A stretch of DNA of 61,447 nt, filler included, from Basidiobolus ranarum (taxonomy: Eukaryota): NCBI GenBank assembly GCA_040143965.1. It is 12 parts of 12 records of this genome, joined end to end, with 100 filler letters (N's around TTAATTAATTAA, not from the genome) between each part and the next. Parts side by side here need not be neighbours in the genome. Positions count along the whole stretch, not along the records: positions 51,317 to 56,332 come from JASJQH010008617.1; positions 56,433 to 61,447 come from JASJQH010008618.1; 10 more parts are not named here. The stretch is one strand, 5' to 3'. The notes under the pieces were generated by a model, which was given only the letters and a program-made list of their open reading frames with translations, was not told where the DNA came from and searched no databases. Of the stretch, positions 51,317 to 61,447 are shown piece after piece. Every line of letters starts with the position of its first letter. Positions within the stretch are counted from its first letter, which is position 1. The translations under genes and the position numbers were made by a program.

Positions 51317-51590
51317 TTATGATACATATATCAGAAACAGAAAGCAATGTATCTATAGCCCCTATATTCTAAATAGGAATATCTCTATATCTATACAACA
51401 AGTATGTCTTATTACCCCCACTTATCTCTTATATCTTATTACACAAACTCCTGAATATCTCAAACAATTGATTTACTTTTCTACTATATAAGTCACCATT
51501 TACTCTTAAGAATAAAGTAACTAAAACACACTATCATAAGTTGCTTCTAATACTCAAAGTCTACCCCCATTATGTCAAGATCCCCCAACA
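51317..51590 (+). repeat. LTR family C, 5'-truncated by contig start
   Basis: Collinear with 53877-54193; ends CCCCAACA. Confidence 0.82.
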
Positions 51591-53260
51591 AAACCAAGTC
51601 CAGCTTAGCTACTGAATTTAAAATGACTGACCCTGGTGAACTGAGGTACTATCTTGGAATCCAAATTGAGATGGATAGAGCTACTAAAACTGTGACTTTA
51701 AACCAGTCTAAGAATATCCTAGATGTATCAAAGAAGTTTAAGATGGAAGAATGTAATCCAGTATTTATCCCAATGGAGACACATCTTAACTTGACCAACA
51801 ATGGCTCAAATTAGAAGTTCTTGGACTCAAATAAAAGCCAGAAATTTCCTTATCAATCTATGGTTGGTAGTTAGATGTATAGCATGGTTGGAACATGGCC
51901 AGATACTGCATATTCTTTGGGAGCTATGTACCAATATCTTCAAAATTATGGATCTGATCAAATCCTAGCAGTTTAGTGGATTTTCAAATATTGGAAAGGT
52001 ACTGTGGATCTCTGCTTAAGATACACATATTATGGATCATGTTTTGATCTGATAGGATATTCAGATGCAAATTAGGGAAGATATATTGAAGACCAGAGAT
52101 CTGTAATGGGATACTCATTTCTTTGCTATATCTGAGCTATTTCTTGGAATTCAAAGAAACACCTACCAGACCATTTTAAACAACAGAAGCAGAAAAAATG
52201 GCTGCCTGTGAAGCAACAAAAGGTGCAGTATGGCTAGGATAGCTCTTAACAGATGTAGGTTATTCTCAAAATTCATCAATTACAATATTTCAAGATTATT
52301 GGGAAAATATGGGCTGTTTGGAGGAACTTTAGAAAAGTGGAGTTGTGAATAGCTCTGTGAGATAATTGTTTATTGTCCAGAAATAAAGCATTTATACATT
52401 TTGAGGGAAATACAGAAAACTAACACTGGGGTTGTGTTCAGAACATCTGTGGGAGTAAATTGAGCTATCTTTGGGGCAATTTGGACAAGTTCAAAATTTC
52501 CAATATGGAATTGCTAATTCACACATTATTTACATATATATATAATAGATGTTCCAATTTTCAGCTAAGTGATATTTGACCAAGTAATTTTGACTAACTT
52601 ATATGTGATATATGAAATAGTTAGGTGTATCAAGATAGAGATAACAAATATGATAAAGACAATAAACTTCAAAAAGATAACCACAGGTGTATTGAATTAG
52701 CAACAGATTGCACATATGATAATAGAAGCAAAGATACAGATATTAGAGATCACTTCATTAGAGAGACTATGGAGAATAAGTTTATTGACTAAACTTATTG
52801 TTCTACAGAAGATATGATCGTTGATATATTTAACAAACCATGAGCTAGACAGAAATTTGACAAATTTCATCCTTCCTTTGGATCAGTTTATATGACTATT
52901 TAGTTGAGAGAGAGTATTGTTATTAGCAATGCCTAAACATCTATATAGTCATATATAGCTTAGTACTTAGTTATCTTATACTTCACCAAGATATTACCCA
53001 TTATTCTTAATGGGAATTTACTTGGAACATTTTTACCAACTTAGAAGTTTTCAGATATATAGATTTTTCAAACTGGTGCTAGAAGCACCAAACTTTGCAC
53101 ACATGTTCTTGGGACCTTTCTTGACACTCTACATGTTGGTCTGCTTACATCTTGACAAAACTATAAATGTCAACTCTTTACTTGATGAACCAATAAGTGA
53201 AAACCACCAATTTTTCTAATTCTCCAAACCACTTCCTGCAGGCTCCCAAATAGTGTAAAA
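51591..53260 (+). mobile_element. Degenerate copia 3' half (RT end, RNase H, PPT, family A 3' LTR 52915-53260)
   Basis: FKMTDPGELRYYLGIQI, PYQSMVGS*MY, IGYSDAN, IFQDNHRCIELA (split by the solo LTR), STEDMIVDIFNKP. Purine tract TTGAGAGAGAG precedes the LTR. Confidence 0.9.
52297..52673 (-). repeat. Solo LTR family B with 5-bp TSD AAGAT, inserted in RNase H
   Basis: AAGAT at 52292-52296 and 52674-52678. Removing the insert and one TSD restores ATA TTT CAA GAT AAC CAC AGG TGT ATT. Confidence 0.88.
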
Positions 53261-54193
53261 GTAATAGGCCTGATATTACTACAGTTGTAAGCATAGTAAG
53301 CAAATATATGGAAAGTTCTGCAAACAAACATTGGATAGCTGCAAAACAGATGATATGCTATCTGAAAGGAACAAGACATCACAGAGTTCAATTTAGTAAA
53401 TAATATAACATGGGACTCATTTTGGGAGGATATGCTGATGCACACTGGGCTTGCAAGCTGGTGGACCAATAAGCTGGATTAGTAAGAAACAACAAACTGT
53501 TGCATTATCAACTACAGAAGCAGAATATATGGCAAGCTCTATGGCTGTTCAAGAAGTTATATGGTTAAGGAGTCTTCTCAAGGAATTAGAATATGCTCAA
53601 GTTAATCCTATCCCTATTTATCAAACTAATATTAGTTGTATTCAGATCACCAAAAATCCAGTGAAACACTCAAGGATCAAACCTATAGTGACATAAGCAT
53701 CATTTCATACAAGAGAAAGTTCAAGACAAAGAAGTGAACTTAACTTATTGTAATACTGAAAACAAGCTTGCAGATATACCAACAAAATCACTCAAAACTT
53801 CAAGCTTTGAAAAGCTAAGAGCAGGCATAGGTATTAGTGAATATAAGCAAAATGCTGAATAAGAACTAAGGGAAGGTGTTAAAGAATTAAGCTGTATTCA
53901 ACATCTTAGTTAAATTTAGTCATGTCATATATATAAGAAACAGAAAGCAATGTATCTATGGCCCCTATATTATAAATAGGAATATCTCTATTTCTATATA
54001 ACAAGTATGTCTTATCATCCCCACTTTTCTATTGTATGTTAATATACTAACTCTGGAATATCTCAAACAATAGATTTACTTCTTTACTCTATAAGTCACC
54101 ATATTCTCTTGAGAATAAAGTAACCAAAAACACTATCATGAGTTTCCTCTAATAAATAGAGTCTACCCCCCATTATGTCAGAATCCTCCAACC
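53261..54193 (+). mobile_element. Second degenerate copia 3' end (RT end/RNase H, PPT, family C 3' LTR 53877-54193)
   Basis: RPDITTVVS, GYADAHW, ISWISKKQQTVALSTTEAEYMA, TENKLADIPTKSL; then TAAGGGAAGG followed by TGTTA. Confidence 0.9.
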
Positions 54194-56432
54194 CATTTCA
54201 ACACCATTAACCATGAAGATGTGCTTAGACATGGATAATAAAAGCAAACAAACATCAATCCACAAAGTAGATATAAATACTTCTTGAAAGATAAGAAAAA
54301 ATGCAAAGATGGATAGGTAACCAGCCACAATATGTTGCTGTCAAAATGCCAAGTAAAACAAGGAATTAGTGATATGAGTACTAGTGAGGTTGACTAATAA
54401 CTATTGATTATCACCAAGCGTAAGTTAGGCAACCTGAAATTTTCATGCATCTTAAGGCTACTTGTGTACCTTCCATACTAGATGTTGCTGCCAAGTACCC
54501 ATCTATCATTCCTAGTTTGACTCTTGGACAAAGACAAGTATATTTTGCTTCCCATCAAAACAATTATAGAAGTATATTATATCATGAACAAATATTTGTG
54601 ATTTCTATGCCACACTTTTCTGAAGGATATGGTATTAAATAAATTTGATCCGCTAATATATCTACAGGATAAATTAAATCTACTAGGTAAAGCAGTAGAT
54701 TAATCATGGGAAGGATACTGCTTTTGACATGAAGAAAATTGAGCAACATGTATGTATGAATATGCATTTAGTAGCATTCCGACATATTGCCAAGACGAAA
54801 AGGATTGTACTATAGTGCCAAAAGTCAAGTTGACAGTGATACAAGTGAGATATGCAAGTAACTCTCTAATCATAGAGGCTCACAAACAAGGATATACTGG
54901 TCTGCAAGTAGCATGCCAATGTAATCAATATCACTGAGATATTGTGTTAAATGTACTTCACTAGTAATGGTACATGAGGTGTTGATTCGTCTTTGCGCTA
55001 ATAAATTTGACAAGGACAGAGCTCGAATGATGTATCATCAATTTGAGCACCCAATTACTTGTTTAGCCAAACAAGCAGTTGAAATAGTGCATTAGTAACA
55101 ATGAAGGATCCTGTTGCATGCTCACTTTCGTACAGTAATCATATCCGCTTCAAGATACCAGACATTACACAACAATTCTTGTAAATTAAGTGTGACTCTC
55201 TTCACCGGTCCATGACCTGACAAAAGAGTTGGTAGCAAGCCCATTGCTGCTATTTAGCCAGAAGCCATGGCACTTATCAATGCTAATTTTTTTTGACTAG
55301 ACTTGGTGTGTTGACACTCCACTCTATGGGGTGAAGATGGTTGAGTTTCTTAGATGAACCATTATTAAGATTAATTAATCTCCATAATTGATAATGCTAA
55401 CACTGACTGGTTAAGTTAGATTTCAACATCAACTTGTTTGCTTGTTTCACTAATAGAGTGGTAGTATATTGTGTAGCCTTGAAGGTTCAACAGGCATGAC
55501 ACAGAGTTCTTGGCTGGACACATGTGAGCCTCTTTCTGTACATCCTCAATCGAGCAGTCAAAACAGCATTGAATATCAAACCAGGTGATATTAGCGTACT
55601 TGCGTAATTTTCATACCGCCCATTATGGCCATATGAATCAGCCAATTTTTCAATTAGCCTACCCACTGAACCTAACCCTAGCTCTCATATTCCGCAAAAG
55701 ATAGAACTAGTAATATAGAATGGTTCAGAAATGAGGTGTCCACGTTTTAGTGTATCTCGTAAACTGGGTCCTTCGCACAAATTGATACAACGGGAATGGT
55801 GAGTACATTGTGCTTATCTATGTATAACCATCTGCACATGTCCGAGTTAGATCAGATACGCCATATCCAGAATTTCTTGTAAGTGCCTTTTCGTAATATT
55901 GTGAATGTGTAGCAAATAAGTAAGCCAACCTGATTGACTAAGCACTTGAGTAACACCAACAAGTTCTCTAGATCCCAAAATAATTCCCTTCAATCTCTGG
56001 ACAATAATGGTGGATCACGATCATAATGCAACTAACACTGAAAAGAGTTCATGTAGCTGCCACATAAGGATATCAACGTAGGCTTCATATTACTAGGTGA
56101 TCGGAAATGAATCACAAACTCACTTCGGTTACGCTTGTGGATAGGACAAACTTTAATTAAATGAAGTACCGATTTCATGAAATTGCTCATTTCATGTGAT
56201 CTGATTTCAGTGCTACTTATGCTTGTTCGCTAGTCACAGAAATCTGATTCGAAAATACAGCATTTATTAGGTTGACACTTGTGTACAGGTTTGGTCATTC
56301 TTATTTAGTAGAGAAAACGTCAGGGAAGTGTTNNNNNNNNNNNNNNNNNNNNNNNNNNNNNNNNNNNNNNNNNNNNTTAATTAATTAANNNNNNNNNNNN
56401 NNNNNNNNNNNNNNNNNNNNNNNNNNNNNNNN

Positions 56433-57735
56433 ATTGGAAATAAGTGAAGACACATGGCAAAAGAAACTTACTCAAATATTTAGTGTGGCGATTGTGTTTA
56501 GTGTAGCGATAACCACACAGGATTTGATAACCACACAGGAATATTTGCTTTTTGAGTTGGTCGCCTGCTGCTAGCCGACGAAGTACCCTTTCTTTTATAC
56601 CCGGTGGAGAGAGGTTCCTTCAATCTGCAAAAACGTTATGGTGTTTCCCCATTTGAGCGCAAGTTAAAAAAGGATATGTCAAAGTAGCGACCAGGTCACG
56701 ATTCCAAAGTCGAAAGGGGAAATCTTCAGTAGTTGCCTCAGTAGTATTGGCCACGACCTTTTAACACTGTTGGTTTTTCCACCTGAACAGAAATTAGGTT
56801 GGAATTTTTACTTGCATATAAAAAGCGTTTACCTTAAAAGGCCACAATAGGATATTTTTCTCTTTTGTATGGTCTAGGATTTTGGACTTTTTTGAAACTT
56901 TTCAAGTTCACCGTTCTGGCAAGTAGGGCACAGACTTGAAGTTTTAAACTCATCAAGAAGGTATGGCTGGAAGCCTTCTTTGGCTATCATTTTTCTCATT
57001 CCGATACCTCTATTGGGTTCATGATACTTTACATTTCCAGCCAACCAGTCACCAAGTATTAATATAGTATCATTCCCAAACTACCGTTAGTCAGATTGTA
57101 GTTGGTTAATAAAACTTGAGAGCTTCATTTTTCTAAAAAGTAACAAACCGCTGGTACACCGGTCTTCTCCTGCAGGGTGATCTTCATTTGAGTAATATGT
57201 TCTCATGACCGGAGTGACTTTGGCTTTTTCTTGAAGATACTTAGCAAGCTTGTCTTTGTCGGCAGTGGAAGATTTCAAATGTGATAGGGAACGCTCAGCT
57301 GTGATGACTTGGTCTGTCTTTAGGTTCTCTCTGAGCTTCCTGAATTTTCTGTACTTTGTTTTAATTGCTTTTTGGGTGCGTGTATATTGGTAAACCAGTT
57401 TGTTTTCAGCGGTACTTTCTTCGTGCATACAGTACAGTAAATCGCGATGTCCAGGATCAATTAGCACGTATTTGCCAGCACCAGCCTTCAACTCTTCTCT
57501 TCCCAACTTCTTCACATACTGAAACTCCTCTTGTGAAGCAAGAGACTTTGATTTTGCGCCACTACCACCCTTCTTCTTCGTATCATGGTTTTGCTTTAAC
57601 ACCGACGCACCTACACCATCTGTTTACATCATACCTCTGAACTTTATTGACTGGCCTTTTCCTTGCGGCTTCATTACCTTTGAGGTGAGGTCAAGAACGG
57701 TTCCCCATACTGCTTCTTTATCCAAGTTGACTTCC
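56433..57735 (-). mobile_element. Fanzor remnant, copy 2 (WED end through RuvC-I/II/III and zinc finger); 5'-truncated, inactivated, intron 56783-56832
   Basis: VWGTVLDL..KFRGMM*TDGVGASVL, FQYV, VLIDPGHRDLLYCMHE (RuvC-I), FRKMKLSSFINQ, FGND.ILILGDW.AGNVKYHEP.RGIGMRKM, LDEFKTSSLCPTC, NPRP, GLLR|WKNQQC, RLWNRDLVAT (RuvC-III). Contains several stops and indels. Confidence 0.92.
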
Positions 57736-58447
57736 AAACGTAATCATCACAGTAAATAGACACTCGAACTATATCTCACCTCTTTCTAGGGAAAATATGT
57801 AAATTTTAGGATTTAAGAATGAAATAAACATTTACCATCAATAAATCTATCCCAGTAAATTCGAACATATTTAGGTCAATGGATATGTTTGGTAAAAGTG
57901 CTCATATTAATAGTGGCTCACGTGCAGTTAATTCCTTAACAGGCCAATATCGTCCTCTTTTAGGAACATGTAGATCGTATTTCCAGTGACTTTTTTACGA
58001 ACTATGGGTTGAATGTGATTGGTAATCCTCTGTTGGTATCCAGTTGTAAATACAAACTAGCGTATTAGGGCAACGAGTAAACTGAGAGTACAAACTAGAC
58101 AACATTTTGTCTTAAGCAGCACACAGATGTTTCAAATAAGTAAGATAAATTCATATTTCACAAAAAGGAAATCATCACGCTTCCAATCAGGGTTATAACT
58201 AACAAATACTAAGATATGGAGAAAAAAGATCTTGGTACATCCCCCGTAGAATTGCTAGGATGTTTTCTAGAAAGAAAACGTCGTGTACTTGATGTGGATT
58301 TATTAAAGTTGTGGTAAATGAAAGTGTTATGGGATGGAGTTGAGATAAATAGTGGCTTTTCAATTTAACAAGACGAAACAATATGATATACGATCAACGC
58401 AGGGAAATAAGTTAAACTCGTCAGATATCCCCAATCAGTTCAGGTTC

Positions 58448-59821
58448 TCACGTGATTGTCAACTTCCTTTTCTCATGAGCTTCGTGAGAAGCCACTTCCA
58501 TAATGAATGACAGTTGATTAGCAACATCACGAAGCACTTTGAGAACAATTCCGTTACTTTTAACGAATCCATGAATGTGGTATTTAAGGCCAACTTGGTC
58601 ACAAAATTCTTTTACAAAAGGCTGAACCGCCCGAAAATTATGTCTAGGAAGTCGTGGAAAGAGATGGTGAATTGCCTGGAACTGAAGGCCTCCATGGAAC
58701 CAGTCCATCCACGGGGGACAGTCAATATCCATGGTAGTGCGAAGCTGCCAACCTGCAAAACTCTCATCGGGCCCGCCGTCATCTGTAGACATACCAAAGT
58801 GAGATAGTGTGATCTGAGTAAAGGTCACCATGGTTAAAGCGTGTGAAAGAACGATGAACATGAGTGCCATTCCCCAGCTTGAGATGAATGAAACAAGATA
58901 CGAATACCAAGAAAGAAAGAAGGCCATTCCTAAAAACTCCAATTTACGTAGTGGTACATGATCATCAGTCAGCAAGTAGACAACTCCTTGGGCATAAAAA
59001 TCCAATCTGGCGATGCAAAGGACGAAGTAGAAGAGATAGTGCTGGATAGGGACGAAGATTTTAGCGACCCGATCGAATCGCATCACTTTGTTGTGATAAC
59101 TCGAAAACAAATTGTGGAAAAACTTGGATGTGACTGCTAGAAAAGGTAATTTCTGGATATCGGGGTCATGCTCAGGATTCTTAGTTATGATGTGATGAAT
59201 ATTGTGATTCTTTTTCCACCATCCGATAGACAATCCACCAGTAAAGTTATGCAAGAAGATACCAATGATGCTGTCATAGGTACTGTTGTGGGTGATTTCA
59301 TTATGGCAAGCATCGTGCGCACAAAAGATACTTTGGTGCCAGAAAAATGCATTTGCAAATGCGGCAGTGACATAGCTCCATGTAGTTTGTGGTCCCCAAA
59401 CAATCAGACCCACCATAATAATGAAGGCAACGATACATCGCGCGGCCTCCCAAGAGTAGCACCAGTAATTTGTTTCGTAAAGACCGTGAGAACGAATTTT
59501 GATATCAAGACGCTTGTAGGCTTCGGATATTTGCTTCTGTATCTTCAGCTCAGAGTTAGCGGTAAGTGGATCCTCAATTAAGTTGCCAACATAAAAGTGG
59601 GCCATTTTTGTAGATAATACCCATTCTGGATGCATCGCTCGGATTACATCAGTGGCATCTTTACCTAGCATATGTTCAACTGCAAGCCTACCACCAGGGT
59701 GCTGTTTGATCCAATTGTTCAGCCTATAAACACGACAGTCATAAACAATTAGTATCTCCCCCTTTTCTATACGACTTCTTACTTCTTCCATAGTAAACAA
59801 TGCCATTGTGTGGGTTTCCAT
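58448..59821 (-). CDS. SLD1: Cytochrome-b5-fused front-end-type desaturase, most like delta-8 sphingolipid desaturase; intronless
   Basis: WIKQHPGG heme motif; His boxes HDACH, HNIHH, QAIHH; PEHDPDIQ, QITLSHFGM, QLRTTMDIDCP.W.DWFHGGLQFQ. First ATG at 59821. Confidence 0.85.
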   Translation of the reverse strand: METHTMALFTMEEVRSRIEKGEILIVYDCRVYRLNNWIKQHPGGRLAVEHMLGKDATDVIRAMHPEWVLSTKMAHFYVGNLIEDPLTANSELKIQKQISEAYKRLDIKIRSHGLYETNYWCYSWEAARCIVAFIIMVGLIVWGPQTTWSYVTAAFANAFFWHQSIFCAHDACHNEITHNSTYDSIIGIFLHNFTGGLSIGWWKKNHNIHHIITKNPEHDPDIQKLPFLAVTSKFFHNLFSSYHNKVMRFDRVAKIFVPIQHYLFYFVLCIARLDFYAQGVVYLLTDDHVPLRKLEFLGMAFFLSWYSYLVSFISSWGMALMFIVLSHALTMVTFTQITLSHFGMSTDDGGPDESFAGWQLRTTMDIDCPPWMDWFHGGLQFQAIHHLFPRLPRHNFRAVQPFVKEFCDQVGLKYHIHGFVKSNGIVLKVLRDVANQLSFIMEVASHEAHEKRKLTIT

Positions 59822-60985
59822 TAGGGACTGTGCAAATATGATAGTACAAGAGAGAAATTGCTGAAGCGCAACCTGATTTTTATTAGCAGCATCCACCCGC
59901 AATCATATTTATCTCAGTACCGTATAGCATTTGCGTCACAGTTGCAGTAAATTACCTCTTCGTCTAGGAATTGTTCTTTCTTCTACCAATGGAGTTATCG
60001 ATGACATGTTTTCAGCTTCTAGCATATGTTTCATCATCAATCGGCCACTATTTGTGATGATTTATATTGTATATATAAAACATACATATTAATCGTACCT
60101 GATCAGATTAGTGCAAGATATGAATAATGTTAAGGGTTTAGTCCCTGCTCCTTACTAAGACATTGCATTTCCTAGCCCTAAGAGGTGATAGCTTTAGCAA
60201 TAATAAATATTTGCAATGCTGGTTGGTTGAAGTGAATTCCCAAGTAAAACTGTAGTTGCCTTCTGTAGAAATCGCAAATGTTAATCAGGTATCAGTTCTG
60301 AATCAAAGACACGTATTCTTTCAACTCCCCTGAGAAGAAAAGTCACATCGAATTGTTCTGTAAAAATATGCGACGCTCACATTACTCGAGTAACCTTACT
60401 CTTCGCATATCTCAGTCGTCAGAATCTATTAAAATGCTACAGATTGGAGGATAATTTTCCCAGTGTTATGGTTCTTGTTACTTGAATATATAGGTTGAGA
60501 TTACTCGACAGCGGGAGAAATTATGCTTGAAGTAGGAGAGGTGTTCATAATTGATACTTTGGCGAATCACAAATGTAGCAGTCTTATCCCTGAGATGGAT
60601 ATTCATCTGGAGACAGAGTAAGCGTATATGAATATTTATTTAATTATCGAGATACGCATTGTGATCAGCCTGACTGCTTAAAAATATTGACTCAGAGTAA
60701 TCCAGAACATCAATACACATCTCGTAATAGGCGTAATACACAATGCAGATAATTAGCTGATAATTAGCAGATATTTAGCCCTGACTTGATCGATGTAAAT
60801 GTAAGCTAATTTAACGTAATAATACTCTGCTATTAATGCCACTAATTTCGTATACCTTAGATCCACCACACAAATATGAAACAAAGAACCTGGCAAAATA
60901 TGTTAGTCCTAAACATTGAGAGAGATGTTGGATAACGCATTAAAGTCATAATGGAATAGTTAAGACTGTTCGGAGGAAAGGGTTA

Positions 60986-61100
60986 GGGGGATGATAAGCA
61001 CCAGAAGGTGTAATATTTATTTATCAATTTAAACAAAGTCAATAAATAAATAAGCCAGGTTAGAATGTAATATTCAAACATAAAGTCAAGATGTTGACAG
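60986..61100 (+). repeat. Putative transposon end related to 25371
   Basis: TTA|GGGGGATGATAAGCACCAGA. The right boundary is approximate. Confidence 0.5.
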
Positions 61101-61168
61101 AACTAAATTTCCTAGTAAGCTAGGCCTAAGAGTATTCCACATAGGATGGATGGTTAGGGTATAGATTA

Positions 61169-61447
61169 GGGGGGGAGACAGTCACCAACAGGTGAAATCT
61201 TTGTTTCAAACAAAACAAAGAAGCCATAACTACTTTTGTAGTTTCTTAACTAATATATGGAGATCAGGAGTATTGGTATCAATGTTGCAAAGCAGAAAAG
61301 TTAAGTAGGTAGAATCTAAGACACTATTAAGTGGATAGGGAGGGAGTAACAAAGGTAAAAATGGTTTGTCAACAATGGAAATTAGTGGAATGAGACTAGG
61401 ATTAACATAAAGCATAAAGGGAGTATGTTTCTGAAGATATTGCTGCC
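61169..61447 (+). repeat. Putative transposon end related to 1-115
   Basis: TTA|GGGGGGGAGACAGTCACCAACAGGTGAAATC...; no CpG seen from here to the window end. Confidence 0.7.

Noticed and set aside
57080-57095. TGACTAAC..TAG as a branch point/acceptor for a second Fanzor intron
   Set aside because: The upstream sequence translates as conserved Fanzor (KLSSFINQ..D) with no donor; a short deletion plus stops is simpler.
35161-59821. Lipid-desaturase cluster (delta-12 plus delta-8), or a microtubule +TIP cluster (XMAP215-like plus CLIP-170)
   Set aside because: The genes lie on separate contigs joined by artificial linkers.
1-61284. Inverted match between window start and end as TIRs of one giant element
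   Set aside because: The two copies are on different contigs and their termini face inward. They are dispersed copies of one end.

Overview
Eukaryotic DNA, most likely from an early-diverging fungus (Zoopagomycota/Mucoromycota-like; inferred from gene content and short 50-76 nt GT-AG introns). The window is not a contiguous locus. It is 12 unrelated ~5 kb contigs, sorted by decreasing length and joined by 100-nt N44-TTAATTAATTAA-N44 linkers, so neighbourhood across linkers means nothing. Host genes: a small secreted 8-Cys protein, a multi-HMG-box protein, an Mtr-like amino-acid permease, a CrgA/LONRF RING-LON protein, an M49 peptidase, an OLA1 C-terminus, a stand-alone XMAP215 C-terminal-domain protein, delta-12 and delta-8 desaturases, a cAMP-receptor-like GPCR, a TM RING-H2 ligase, a CLIP-170 homolog and an ABCB transporter. 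Pseudogenes: catalase and CsbD-like fragments. Mobile DNA: degraded Ty1/copia elements with three LTR families, and PIF/Harbinger-like ends and MITEs. The most notable signal is two decayed copies, on different contigs, of one Fanzor (eukaryotic TnpB-like RNA-guided nuclease) family. They share a spliceosomal intron inside the zinc-finger region and a conserved 3' tail that is a candidate omega-RNA/element end.
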